Assembly (NCBI GenBank): GCA_946626595.1
Contig: CAMOUQ010000001.1
Coordinates: 65,846-129,845 of the forward strand
Source of the DNA: an uncultured Prevotellaceae bacterium
GTDB lineage: Bacteria; Bacteroidota; Bacteroidia; Bacteroidales; Bacteroidaceae
Reading direction: 5' to 3'
Length of the DNA: 64,000 nucleotides
Positions 16,986 through 26,912 of the stretch are shown here, piece by piece. The notes beneath the pieces are model-generated. The model was not told the DNA's origin. It did no database searches and saw nothing but the letters and a program-made list of their open reading frames with translations. The number at the start of each line of letters is the position of its first letter. Positions within the stretch are counted from its first letter, which is position 1. The position numbers were made by a program, and so were the translations under genes.

Positions 16986-19900
16986 ATGAAGACCATATCA
17001 ATGTATAGATTCCTCATATCATTCCTTCTGCTCATCCTGCCCTTCGCAGGGGCCCGTGCCCAGGCCTATCGGTTCTATGGTGCCGACCAGTTGTCGAGCA
17101 CCATGATTACGACACTCTGCCAGGACGCCAACGGACTTCTGTGGATAGGCACCGAACACGGACTCAACCGCTTCGACGGCTACCACTTTGTCCGCCGCAC
17201 CACACAGGCGGAGGAAGGTCAGACGTGCCCCATGGTGGTCGCCTCTTTGCTGTCCGACAGGGAGCAACGTCTCTGGGTGGGCACCACACGCAGCATGCTG
17301 CGCTACGACAAAGGCACCACGCAGTTCCGTGCCGTCGAATTCCCCAACGGATTCGAGCCCCGCGTCTCCAGCATCCTGCAACTGAAGGACGGCACCCTGC
17401 TGGCGGCCACCTCCGGCTACGGATTGTACGCGGTGGACCCCGAGACCATGCAGGCCACCCAGCTGGAAGGCTACGGAGCAAAGGATGACAACGACTACTT
17501 CGGCACGCTATACCAGGCTCGCGACGGCAGCGTCTGGCGCTTCGGGACAAAGAACCGCATCACCTGCCGCACCCCGGAGGGTAAACTGAAAATCTACACC
17601 TCACCCTGTGGTCTGGCCGTCAGCTTCTTCGAACGCGACGGTGTGCTGTATGCCCTTTGTCAACAGGGACTTCTGCGCCTAAGTCGCAACGGGGGAATGG
17701 AGAAGGTGGAGACCTCCGGCGTAGCTTCGCACTTCACCAACGCCACCACCGACCGCCAAGGCAATCTCTACATCGGCACCCGTGGCGACGGCCTCTACTG
17801 GATTCCGCGGAACGCCACGCGTCCGCAGCGTTTCCAGATTGTGGTCGGGGGTTTCGACTTGTCACGAGCACGCATCGAGGCCGTCTTTGTCGACCATCAG
17901 GAGAATCTGTGGGTGGGATGCCAACAGCGCGGCCTGCTCATGATACCCCTCCACAGGCGTTCGCTGTTCCAGACGTGGAGCTTTGCCGCACAGCGGCAGG
18001 AGACGGGCACCTGCGTCTCGGCTATCGTGCCGGGAGAGGGTGCCAACGTGTGGTGTACGGTGCAGGGCGACGGAGTCTACGGATTCGATGAAATGGGCAA
18101 AATTGTAGCCCATCCCCATGCTCCGCAAGGCGTGGAGACCATGTACCGCGACCGCGACGGCAACTACTGGCTGGGCACCACCAGCGGACTCTGGACCTAC
18201 GACCCCGTGACCGGACGCGCAACGCCCGTGCCGGACCTGGACGGACTGCAGGTGAACACCATGACCGACCTGGGCAACGGCCAACTGGCTGTGTCCGCCT
18301 ACGGCACAGGACTATATATAATAAATAAGGTATCGCGCACCTCCGTTCGCCACCTGACCATGCATGACACCGACACCGTCGGGCGCGGCCGGCTAACCAA
18401 CGACTGGATTTATGCACTGGACACCGACCCGAAGGGGCGCCTGTGGATTGGCACCACGTCGGGCATCAGTTGCTACGACCCGCAGACGGGTTCGTTCCGC
18501 ACCGAAGGATGGGACGTACTGGCCGACCGCGAAGCCTGCACCGCACTGCGCGTACTGCGCAACGGCGACGTGCTGTTGGGCATGGAAGGCGGCATGCAAC
18601 GCTGGACCAAGAAGCATCAAATGACGGCCGAACCCAATACTGAACCGCTGCGCAACATCACCGTCAGCTACATTGCCGAGGACCAGAAGGGCGACCTCTG
18701 GCTCAGCACCAACGACGGCATCTGGCACTGGAACCCCAAACAAGGGAAACTGGTGGCTTACGTCGAATCGAACGGACTGCAGACGCGTGAGTTCGTACAG
18801 GGGGCCGGTCTGCAGACAACCGACGGCCACATCCTCTTCGGCACGGCCGATGGCATTGCGTGCTTCCAGCCCGACAGTCTCCGCAGCCATCGTCCCGAGC
18901 AGTCGACAATCCACCTGACGGCACTCGTCATAGCCGGCGAACAGGCTAACATCCTGACCCGCAGCAACGGACGCAACGTCATGCAGACGGCCATCGACTC
19001 GTGCCACCACTTCCGACTGAGTTACCTCGACGCCAGTTTCCAACTCGAGTTCTCGCTCCTCGACTTTGCCGATGCTGCCGACGTGGTCTTCGAGCACCGC
19101 ATCGACGGCGAACAGCGCTGGCAGAGCACAGGACTGGGCAAGAACACCATAGCCTTCAACCACCTGGCACCGGGCACATACCGCATCCAGGTGCGTGCCC
19201 TGACGGCCGGAACATACACCGACACTGAGACATACACCATAGAGATACTGCCGCCTTGGTGGCGTTCGACAGCTGCCTACTGGATATACCTGCTGCTCCT
19301 GGTGACCATTCTGGCCTACGCGGCCTTCACCTACCGCAAGAACATACGCCGCCAGCTGGACGAGGACAAGATGCAGTTCCTCATCAATGCCACCCACGAC
19401 ATACGGTCGCCGCTGACGCTCATCCTGTCACCGCTCGAGAAACTCCGCTCGCGGTCTTCGGACAAGGACGACCAGGCCGAACTCGACATCATACACCACA
19501 ATGCGCAACGCATCCTGGCCCTGGTGAACCAGATTCTGGACCTGCGCAAAATCGACCGTCAGCAGATGCAGCTCCACCCCGTCGACATCGACCTCACGGC
19601 GCTCATCAAAGCCATCTGTCACATGCACGACTTCGCCGCACAAGAGCACGGATTCACGTTCCGATTCGTGCATCCCGACGAGCCCATACACATCCAGGCC
19701 GACCCGCAGCAACTGGAGAAAGTGGTGGCCAACCTGCTCTCCAATGCCTTCAAGTACACGCCGGACGGCGGCGACATCACGGTGGAACTGACCTCGTCGG
19801 ACGACAGCGTCCGCTTCTCCGTCACCGACACGGGGCCTGGCATTCCCCCCGCAGCCATACCGCATATCTTCGAACGCTTCTACCAGAGCCGACAGACCAA

Positions 19901-20873
19901 ACAGGTACCGGGCACCGGCATCGGCCTGCATCTGTGCCACATGATAGTGGACATGCATGGCGGAAAGATAAGCGTGCAGAACCGCACCGACGGACAGACT
20001 GGCAGCCGCTTCACCGTGGAACTGCCCAAACAATCGGCCGTGGCCAATGCCGAACAGACCGAAACTCCGGCCCCGGTGGTCAAGCCTGTCAGCAAGGGCG
20101 AAGTGGGCAACATACTGGTGGTGGACGACGACACCGACCTCTCGGCCTACGTGGCCCGCGAATTGTCGCCCCACTTCAGATGCCAGACCGCCAAGAACGG
20201 CAACGAGGCCCTGCAGACGCTGCTTACCGCTCCGGAGGGTGCCTTCGCAGCTGTCGTGTCGGACGTGATGATGCCCGAAATGGACGGGTTCACCTTGCTC
20301 CGCCTCATCCGCACCAACACACGTATCGCCCATCTGCCCGTGGTGATGCTGACCTCGAAAACCGACATTGCCAGTCGCCTGGAAGGACTGGAGCGCGGAG
20401 CCGACGCATATCTGGCCAAGCCCTTCACCACCAGCGAACTGACGGCCACGCTGCGCAACCTCCTGGCACAGCGCCAGCGACTACGCGGCAAGTACTCCGG
20501 AGCACAGCAGGCCGGCGTGGAACGTGCCGAAGTGCCGGAACAGCGCGGCAACGACGAACTGCTCATGGACCGCATCATGCAGAGCATCAACAAGCACCTG
20601 GCCGACAGCGAGTTCACCGTAGATCAACTGTGCACCGAAGTAGGCATCAGCCGCGCCCACCTGCACCGCAAGATGAAGGAGATGACGGGACTGCCCATCA
20701 CCGAGTTTATCCGCAACATACGTCTCGAACAGGCCGCCCGACTGTTGCGCGAACAGAAACTAAACATCACCCAGGTGGCCTATACGGTCGGATTCTCCAA
20801 TCTCGGCTACTTCTCCACGATGTTCCGCAAGCACTTTGGGGTAGCCCCGCGCGACTTTGTAACAAATAATTAA
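16986..20873 (+). CDS. hybrid two-component system regulator (HTCS): periplasmic beta-propeller/Y_Y_Y sensor, HisKA, HATPase, REC, AraC-type HTH
   Basis: 1295 aa. Propeller repeats include LWIGTEHGLNRFDG. TM segment: AAYWIYLLLLVTILAYAAF. H-box: FLINATHDIRSPL. ATPase: DTGPGIPP...GTGIGLHLC. REC: ILVVDDD...SDVMMPEMDGF...LTSK. HTH: GFSNLGYFSTMFRKHFGVAPRDF. Confidence 0.94.
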   Translation: MKTISMYRFLISFLLLILPFAGARAQAYRFYGADQLSSTMITTLCQDANGLLWIGTEHGLNRFDGYHFVRRTTQAEEGQTCPMVVASLLSDREQRLWVGTTRSMLRYDKGTTQFRAVEFPNGFEPRVSSILQLKDGTLLAATSGYGLYAVDPETMQATQLEGYGAKDDNDYFGTLYQARDGSVWRFGTKNRITCRTPEGKLKIYTSPCGLAVSFFERDGVLYALCQQGLLRLSRNGGMEKVETSGVASHFTNATTDRQGNLYIGTRGDGLYWIPRNATRPQRFQIVVGGFDLSRARIEAVFVDHQENLWVGCQQRGLLMIPLHRRSLFQTWSFAAQRQETGTCVSAIVPGEGANVWCTVQGDGVYGFDEMGKIVAHPHAPQGVETMYRDRDGNYWLGTTSGLWTYDPVTGRATPVPDLDGLQVNTMTDLGNGQLAVSAYGTGLYIINKVSRTSVRHLTMHDTDTVGRGRLTNDWIYALDTDPKGRLWIGTTSGISCYDPQTGSFRTEGWDVLADREACTALRVLRNGDVLLGMEGGMQRWTKKHQMTAEPNTEPLRNITVSYIAEDQKGDLWLSTNDGIWHWNPKQGKLVAYVESNGLQTREFVQGAGLQTTDGHILFGTADGIACFQPDSLRSHRPEQSTIHLTALVIAGEQANILTRSNGRNVMQTAIDSCHHFRLSYLDASFQLEFSLLDFADAADVVFEHRIDGEQRWQSTGLGKNTIAFNHLAPGTYRIQVRALTAGTYTDTETYTIEILPPWWRSTAAYWIYLLLLVTILAYAAFTYRKNIRRQLDEDKMQFLINATHDIRSPLTLILSPLEKLRSRSSDKDDQAELDIIHHNAQRILALVNQILDLRKIDRQQMQLHPVDIDLTALIKAICHMHDFAAQEHGFTFRFVHPDEPIHIQADPQQLEKVVANLLSNAFKYTPDGGDITVELTSSDDSVRFSVTDTGPGIPPAAIPHIFERFYQSRQTKQVPGTGIGLHLCHMIVDMHGGKISVQNRTDGQTGSRFTVELPKQSAVANAEQTETPAPVVKPVSKGEVGNILVVDDDTDLSAYVARELSPHFRCQTAKNGNEALQTLLTAPEGAFAAVVSDVMMPEMDGFTLLRLIRTNTRIAHLPVVMLTSKTDIASRLEGLERGADAYLAKPFTTSELTATLRNLLAQRQRLRGKYSGAQQAGVERAEVPEQRGNDELLMDRIMQSINKHLADSEFTVDQLCTEVGISRAHLHRKMKEMTGLPITEFIRNIRLEQAARLLREQKLNITQVAYTVGFSNLGYFSTMFRKHFGVAPRDFVTNN

Positions 20874-20915
20874 ATTTTTGAGACATTTCTTAATATATAT
20901 TTAAACATTTATTTA

Positions 20916-20923
20916 TAACTTTG
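20916..20923 (+). promoter_or_regulatory. -7 promoter box TAACTTTG
   Basis: Matches TAnnTTTG, 70 nt upstream of the ATG at 20994. Confidence 0.4.
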
Positions 20924-20993
20924 CCCTGATTTCATTCAAATTCGACTTAAAAAAACTAATTATTAACCTATTTATTAACTAAATCAAAAGCAC

Positions 20994-23900
20994 ATGAAAG
21001 CAAGACTACTTTCTTTGATCACCATGGTCATGATGGCCATTGGCGTGCAAGCACAGTGGACGGCTCCCGTAGCTCCTGAAAGCCCATTCAAGGCTGTGGA
21101 CTATGAGGCAGATGGTACTTCGCTTTACTACATCTACAATGTAGGTTGCGGACAGTTTATCACCGGTGCGAACTCGTGGAGTACTCAGATTTCAATGGGC
21201 ACCAACGGCGAACCTTATATGGAGGTTGTCGTTGAGCCTCTGGAAGAAGAGGAAGCAGAGTATTACCCCGAAGGGGCAGTAAAACTGAGACTGAACCCTG
21301 GCAAGTCGCAATCATTCACCGGTGCCGGTGGCGACCGCAGCTTCACGGGTACCTACCTTTTCCGCGACAGCAACGTGAGCGGTTTCATCGACCACGGCAG
21401 CCAGCCCGTATGGTACTGGATTCTGGAGAAGGCCGAGAGTGGCAACTACTATTGGCACTCAGTGGAAGGCTTGGACGGTAACTACCCCGACGCTGCTACA
21501 GAGTATGCCTCAGCTTCGGGCGAAGGTGCAGCCGTTGTGTTCAACGCGGGCGCCGATGCAGCCAACATCGAGTGGCAGTTCATCCCCGTGAATGGCATCG
21601 ACAAGGAAGCCATTGCTCCCTATGCTGAGGCCATGAAACTCTACAATGCCAAGCTCGGCCTCTACAACGCTCTGTTGGAGGCCCAGGAAGCCGGAGTCAA
21701 CACCGACGCCGCCACGGCTGTCTACAACAATGCCGAGGCCACAGTGGCTGAACTGAACACTGCCACCAGCAAACTGAAGGCTGCCATTAAGGAAGCCGAG
21801 TTCGGCGACAGATGGGAAGCAGCCTCTGAGGACGATCCTCTGGACGTTACCGACGATGTGCTGATTAACCCCAGCTTCGACTTCGACAACGGCATGGAAG
21901 GCTGGACCATCAAGGGTGCGACCCCTGCCACTCTGGCATGGAATGGCCAAGGCCCCAACAGCACGGGTGCAATGGGCGAAATCGGCGATGACTCTTGGGG
22001 TAAGAACTGCGAGGTTTTCCACGCAGCATTCGACATCAGCCAGTACATCGACTTCCTGCCCGCAGGTGTCTACAAGTTCACCTGCCAGGGATTCTATCGT
22101 CCCGATGACGAGGACGTTCCTGCTGAACTGTATGCCATCATGCCCGACGGTACGGAGCAGATTTCCTACATCTCTCACATCGACGACTATGCTACCGTTG
22201 AGAAGCTGTACGAAAACGGCGGCGAATGGTATGGCGATGCCAACCGCAACGGTAAGTGGGCACCCAACGGTATGAACGGTGCCCTGTATCACTTCCGCCA
22301 CCACACGGGTGACAACGAGGAACTGGACTACACCAGCGTACTGAACATCGTCGTTACTGAGCCAATCGCCGGCATCACCATCGGCATCCGTACCAAGAGC
22401 GCTGGCACATGGGTTATCTTCGACAACTTCACTCTGACCTACTACGGCAAGGTTGACCCCAACAAGATGGAACTGCAAGACCTTGTGAAGAAGAACGACC
22501 AGATTTATGCTGCTACGTTCGACGAGATTGCTGCCAACCAGCAGGTGAAGGACAACTACGAGAGCGCTATGGACGCCGCTCGCGACGCTGACGGCAACTA
22601 CGAAGAACTCCTCAACAACCTGAAGGCTGCCACCACAGCCCTGGCTGCTTCTATTACCGACTACAAGGAACTGATTGTCGTATCAACCACCACACGCAAC
22701 CTGGCCGACCAGCTGGAGAAGGATCACGCCGACTGGGATGTCGTGACGGAGACCGTGAGCAACCTGGCCGATGAAATCCAGCAGAAGCTGGAGGACGCCG
22801 TTGCCGACCATGCTTATCTGGAGGCAGTTCGCGACAGCGCTATCAACACCATCGTCAATGCCATCGCTACCGGTGCCATCGAGATTAAGGAAGGCGACGA
22901 CCTGACCATTCTGCTGAAGAATGCCGACTTCCAGGAGACCGTTTCCGACGTTCACACCGTTCCCGGATGGGAAGGCAAGGTGAAGGAGCTCTCCAAGCAG
23001 TGGGGTAACATCGAGAACTACGGCGACTACGGCGCAGGACACATCGAGCAGACCATCAAGAACATGCCCGTCGGCGCATACGACGTCACCGTTCAGGGCT
23101 TTGTTCGTGGTAACAGAGACAAGGTGACCCTCTTCGCAGGCGACTCTAAGACTTGCTTCAAGTACATCACCGAGGAGTATGCCACCGAGCCCAGCTTCGG
23201 CACGGTAGACGACACTGGCTATCCCTATGACAACGTAGGTGAACTGGAAGACGGTACCGTTGTTTACTATCCCAACTCAATGCAGGGTGCTTCTGCCGCA
23301 TTTGCCAAGATTAACCCCGTAACTGGCGAACCCTTCTACACCAACCACTGCCGCATCGTGCTGACCAAGCCCGGTGACCTGACCATTGGTGTTGACGTGA
23401 AGGAGGCTGTCGACGAGGAAATCTGGGCCATCTGGGACAACTTCCGCATCGAATATGCTGGTTGCTCAGTGGAACTGTTTGCTGACGAAATCCACAACCG
23501 CCAGAATGCTCTGATGGCCGTCATCGACGATCCCGAGGCATTCGTAACGCCCGTTGCCAAGGAAATAGCCAATACAGCTATCAACGCTGGTGACAAGGCT
23601 CTCGAAGGCAATGAACTGGACGACGTATTCGCTGCTATGACTCAGCTCGACGAGGCTCTGACCTACGTGAAGGAAGCTGCCGGCATCGCCAAGGAACTGA
23701 TGGATCTGGCCGAGTTCTACGAATCTATGGCTCCCAGCATCGACTCTGGCGACACCGAATATCTCGACCTCATCAGCAAGTGCGCATTCCCCACTCCCGA
23801 AGACTTCCCCAGCAACGAGGCTCTCTTGCAGGGTATCCAGGACCTGAAGGAAGGCTGGGCCGGATTTGTAATGTACGACATCATCGACCAGGCTTCTGAG

Positions 23901-24644
23901 AACAATCCTCAGGAGGTTTCCGACATCATCTATGCTTACGACTACATCGACCCGATTTCTCAGGAAATTTCCACCAAGGGTTGGGACGTTACCATCGTAG
24001 GCGGCAGCAGAGCTACCGGCAATGCCGACAACAATCTGAACGAGCTGGAATGCTACAACAACGACAGCCTGCAGGTTAGCCAGACACTGATTGGCCTGGA
24101 GCCCGGTTTCTACGAAGTGACCGTCAACGGTTTCTATCGTCCCGGCTTCCCCGGCGAAATCACCGACTCTCTGGCAAAGGTTCACAATGCCGAGATGTTT
24201 GCCACCACCGGCGTGGGCACTCGCACGGCTCCGCTCATGAACGCTATGGACGGCGCACGTGAGGAGCAGGAATATGTAGGTGCAGAAAGCGAAGTGACAC
24301 TGGGCGAGATGGTTTACTACATCCCCAACGACATGGAAGCTGCCAAGACCTACATGGACTTCGGCTACTACACGGAGAACAAGTGCCAGTTCCAGGTCAA
24401 CGAGGACGGTAAGGCCATCTTCGGTATCCGCAAGTACGCTCACATCGAAGGCGACTGGACCATCTTCACCAACTGGCAGCTCTTCTACCTCGGCAAGACC
24501 CAGCCCGACGCCATTGAGACCGTCAGCGCCGACGAAGCCGGTGCCAACCGCAAGTCTGCCATCTTCGACCTCAGCGGTCGTCGCATCAGCAAACCCGTAC
24601 GTGGCCTGTACATCTCCGGCGGACGCAAGGTGATCGTAAAGTAA
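20994..24644 (+). CDS. 1216-aa secreted protein of unknown function: N-terminal lectin-like domain, three CBM-like beta-sandwich modules separated by helical spacers, T9SS C-terminal sorting tail
   Basis: Signal peptide ends VQA/QW. The three modules end in WVIFDNFTLTYYGK, WAIWDNFRIEYAG and WTIFTNWQLFYLGK. They share (P)xG(V/A/F)Y.(F/V)T(C/V)(Q/N)GF(Y/V)R. Tail: AIFDLSGRRISKPVRGLYISGGRKVIVK. Confidence 0.8.
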   Translation: MKARLLSLITMVMMAIGVQAQWTAPVAPESPFKAVDYEADGTSLYYIYNVGCGQFITGANSWSTQISMGTNGEPYMEVVVEPLEEEEAEYYPEGAVKLRLNPGKSQSFTGAGGDRSFTGTYLFRDSNVSGFIDHGSQPVWYWILEKAESGNYYWHSVEGLDGNYPDAATEYASASGEGAAVVFNAGADAANIEWQFIPVNGIDKEAIAPYAEAMKLYNAKLGLYNALLEAQEAGVNTDAATAVYNNAEATVAELNTATSKLKAAIKEAEFGDRWEAASEDDPLDVTDDVLINPSFDFDNGMEGWTIKGATPATLAWNGQGPNSTGAMGEIGDDSWGKNCEVFHAAFDISQYIDFLPAGVYKFTCQGFYRPDDEDVPAELYAIMPDGTEQISYISHIDDYATVEKLYENGGEWYGDANRNGKWAPNGMNGALYHFRHHTGDNEELDYTSVLNIVVTEPIAGITIGIRTKSAGTWVIFDNFTLTYYGKVDPNKMELQDLVKKNDQIYAATFDEIAANQQVKDNYESAMDAARDADGNYEELLNNLKAATTALAASITDYKELIVVSTTTRNLADQLEKDHADWDVVTETVSNLADEIQQKLEDAVADHAYLEAVRDSAINTIVNAIATGAIEIKEGDDLTILLKNADFQETVSDVHTVPGWEGKVKELSKQWGNIENYGDYGAGHIEQTIKNMPVGAYDVTVQGFVRGNRDKVTLFAGDSKTCFKYITEEYATEPSFGTVDDTGYPYDNVGELEDGTVVYYPNSMQGASAAFAKINPVTGEPFYTNHCRIVLTKPGDLTIGVDVKEAVDEEIWAIWDNFRIEYAGCSVELFADEIHNRQNALMAVIDDPEAFVTPVAKEIANTAINAGDKALEGNELDDVFAAMTQLDEALTYVKEAAGIAKELMDLAEFYESMAPSIDSGDTEYLDLISKCAFPTPEDFPSNEALLQGIQDLKEGWAGFVMYDIIDQASENNPQEVSDIIYAYDYIDPISQEISTKGWDVTIVGGSRATGNADNNLNELECYNNDSLQVSQTLIGLEPGFYEVTVNGFYRPGFPGEITDSLAKVHNAEMFATTGVGTRTAPLMNAMDGAREEQEYVGAESEVTLGEMVYYIPNDMEAAKTYMDFGYYTENKCQFQVNEDGKAIFGIRKYAHIEGDWTIFTNWQLFYLGKTQPDAIETVSADEAGANRKSAIFDLSGRRISKPVRGLYISGGRKVIVK

Positions 24645-24664
24645 GGGACTAACATCATTTCAAT

Positions 24665-24695
24665 ATGCCCAGGCACCTTCCTGGTGTCTGGGCAT
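24665..24695 (+). terminator. possible terminator hairpin (weak T-tract)
   Basis: Stem atgcccaggcacc / ggtgtctgggcat (13 bp, one G:T pair) with loop ttcct. Confidence 0.4.
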
Positions 24696-24734
24696 ACTAT
24701 ATTTATACATCAATACATGAATACTATGCAGACC

Positions 24735-26723
24735 ATGAAGTATTGGATGCTTTCACTGCTCGCACTGGGCACACTGACCATCCATGCAGAGGAAAAGTTG
24801 CTCAGCAGCCCCGACCAGCAAACCACCGTAATCGTGAACGACAAGGAGGGCCGCCCGACATACTCGATTATCTACAACGGAGAGACCGTCATCGAGGCTG
24901 CCCCCCTGGGACTGGTGACCAACATGGACGACCTGACCGAAGGGCTGTCGCTGAAGTCGGTGGAGACGGACAAGACCACTAACATATATGAACTGCGCAC
25001 CATCAAGCAGAGCCAGACATTATTCATGGCCACAACGGCCGTCTGCCACTTCGAAAAGCGCGGTCACGAAGTCCTCGACATCGAATTTGCCATCACCAAC
25101 CGCGACGTGGCCTTTCGCTATCGCATCCTGCCCCGCCGAGGCACCTTATCCTGCGTCGTAAAGGGCGAGGCCAGCGGATTCCGTTTCCCGCAGAACACAC
25201 TAACATTCCTCTGTCCGCAGTCCGGCCCCATGGGTGGTTTTGCCCGCACGTCGCCCAGCTACGAGACTTCCTACAGCTACGACGAACCCGTGGGCAAGAA
25301 CGGCTGGGGCGAGGGCTACACCTTCCCCTGCCTCTTCAAGGTTCCCTCTGCCTTGCAACCCACGAAAACGGGAAAGCAGAAGGGCAACAAACAGGCTGAT
25401 CCGGCCATCTGGGTGCTCATCTCTGAGACGGGCACCGACGGCGGCTACGTCGGATGCCGACTGCTGAACGAGAGCGGCGGCAACTATCGCATCGGATTCC
25501 CCCAGGAGGGCGAGATGAATGGCTTCGGTTCCACTACGGCTTCCGTGGCTCTGCCCGCCACAACGCCCTGGCGCACCATCACCATGGGCCAGACACTGGC
25601 CCACATTGTGGAGACCACCATCGCATGGGACCTGGTGCAACCCAAGTACGAGGCCAGCCGCGAATACACCTACGGCAAGGGTACATGGTCGTGGATTATC
25701 GGCATGGACCAAAGTTGCAACTTCGACGAGCAGAAGCGCTACATCGACTTTGCTGCCGCCATGGGCTATCGCTCCGTATTGGTGGATGCCCTGTGGGACG
25801 TGCAGATTGGCTACGACCGCATGGCCGAACTGGCCAAATACGGGCGCTCAAAGGGCGTAGGCCTGTTCCTTTGGTACAACTCCAACGGCTCATGGAACGA
25901 CGCGCCCCAGTCGCCCAAGCACAAGATGGACCGCAGCGGAGCACGCCGCCGGGAAATGAAGTGGATGCACGACAACGGCATCCTGGGCATCAAGGTCGAC
26001 TTCTTCGGGGGTGACAAACAGCCCATGATGCAACTCTACGAAGACATCCTGACCGATGCCAACGACTTCGGACTGCAGGTCATCTTCCACGGTTGCACCC
26101 TGCCCCGCGGCTGGGAACGCATGTATCCCAACTACGTAGCCTCAGAGGCCGTGCTGGCCAGCGAGAACCTGCACTTCGGACAGGGAGCCTGCGACGGCGA
26201 GGCACGCGCTGCCGCCACACACACCTTCGTGCGCAACACGGTGGGTTCGATGGACTTCGGCGGTTCGGCCCTGAACAAGCGCTACAATGCCGACAACAAG
26301 TCGGGCACCACGCGCCGCACCAGCGATGTCTATGCACTGGCCACTGCCGTGCTGTTCCAGAGCAGCGTGCAGCACTTCGCCCTGGCACCCAACAACCTGA
26401 CCGACGCCCCGGCATGGGCCATCTACTTCATGAAGCAGGTGCCCACGACGTGGGACGAAGTCCGCTTCATCGACGGCTACCCCGGCCGCTACGCCATCAT
26501 GGCACGCCGCTGTGGCCAGAAGTGGTACATAGCCGGCATCAACGCCCAGGACGAGCCCGTGAAGGCCCGCCTCTGGCTGCCCATGTTCGCCCCCGGCACG
26601 CAGGTTGCAGTCTATGCCGACGATGCCCAGCTCAACGGCAGCCGTCAGGACGTGAAACTGAAGAAGGCCCAACTCGACATCACCATCCCCAAGAATGGCG
26701 GCCTCGTCATCGTCGGGGAATAA
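24735..26723 (+). CDS. GH97 glycoside hydrolase (alpha-glucosidase/alpha-galactosidase family)
   Basis: Signal peptide MKYWMLSLLALGTLTIHA. GH97 N-domain pattern and catalytic region: GIKVDFFGGDKQPMMQLYEDIL...VIFHGCTLPRGWERMYPNYVASEAVLASE. The track start at 24684 is a GTG inside the hairpin. ATGs at 24717 and 24726 are also possible starts. Confidence 0.88.
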   Translation: MKYWMLSLLALGTLTIHAEEKLLSSPDQQTTVIVNDKEGRPTYSIIYNGETVIEAAPLGLVTNMDDLTEGLSLKSVETDKTTNIYELRTIKQSQTLFMATTAVCHFEKRGHEVLDIEFAITNRDVAFRYRILPRRGTLSCVVKGEASGFRFPQNTLTFLCPQSGPMGGFARTSPSYETSYSYDEPVGKNGWGEGYTFPCLFKVPSALQPTKTGKQKGNKQADPAIWVLISETGTDGGYVGCRLLNESGGNYRIGFPQEGEMNGFGSTTASVALPATTPWRTITMGQTLAHIVETTIAWDLVQPKYEASREYTYGKGTWSWIIGMDQSCNFDEQKRYIDFAAAMGYRSVLVDALWDVQIGYDRMAELAKYGRSKGVGLFLWYNSNGSWNDAPQSPKHKMDRSGARRREMKWMHDNGILGIKVDFFGGDKQPMMQLYEDILTDANDFGLQVIFHGCTLPRGWERMYPNYVASEAVLASENLHFGQGACDGEARAAATHTFVRNTVGSMDFGGSALNKRYNADNKSGTTRRTSDVYALATAVLFQSSVQHFALAPNNLTDAPAWAIYFMKQVPTTWDEVRFIDGYPGRYAIMARRCGQKWYIAGINAQDEPVKARLWLPMFAPGTQVAVYADDAQLNGSRQDVKLKKAQLDITIPKNGGLVIVGE

Positions 26724-26772
26724 GATGAACGAACTCTCTTGTATTATCAAGAATTAGAGAATGAGAGAATTA

Positions 26773-26780
26773 TATTTTTG
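26773..26780 (+). promoter_or_regulatory. -7 promoter box TATTTTTG inside an inverted-repeat-flanked segment
   Basis: Matches TAnnTTTG and lies between the 19-bp inverted repeats at 26744-26762 and 26840-26858. Confidence 0.35.
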
Positions 26781-26912
26781 CGGAAGGTCCTGACTTTCTC
26801 ATTAATTCCTTCAATAACGCACGATACATATAATCTCTGATTCTCCAATTCTTGATAAACATAGCATCTTGCAAAACCTGAATAAGTCAAACCATCATAA
26901 GTATCTGTCGTC

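Noticed and set aside
24684-24734. Track start (GTG at 24684) for the GH97 ORF, and similarly TTG at 13503, ATG at 12362, ATG at 48761 and TTG at 54705.
   Set aside because: These N-terminal extensions overlap a hairpin or the upstream gene, or precede an obvious signal peptide or conserved N-terminus. Inner ATGs were preferred.
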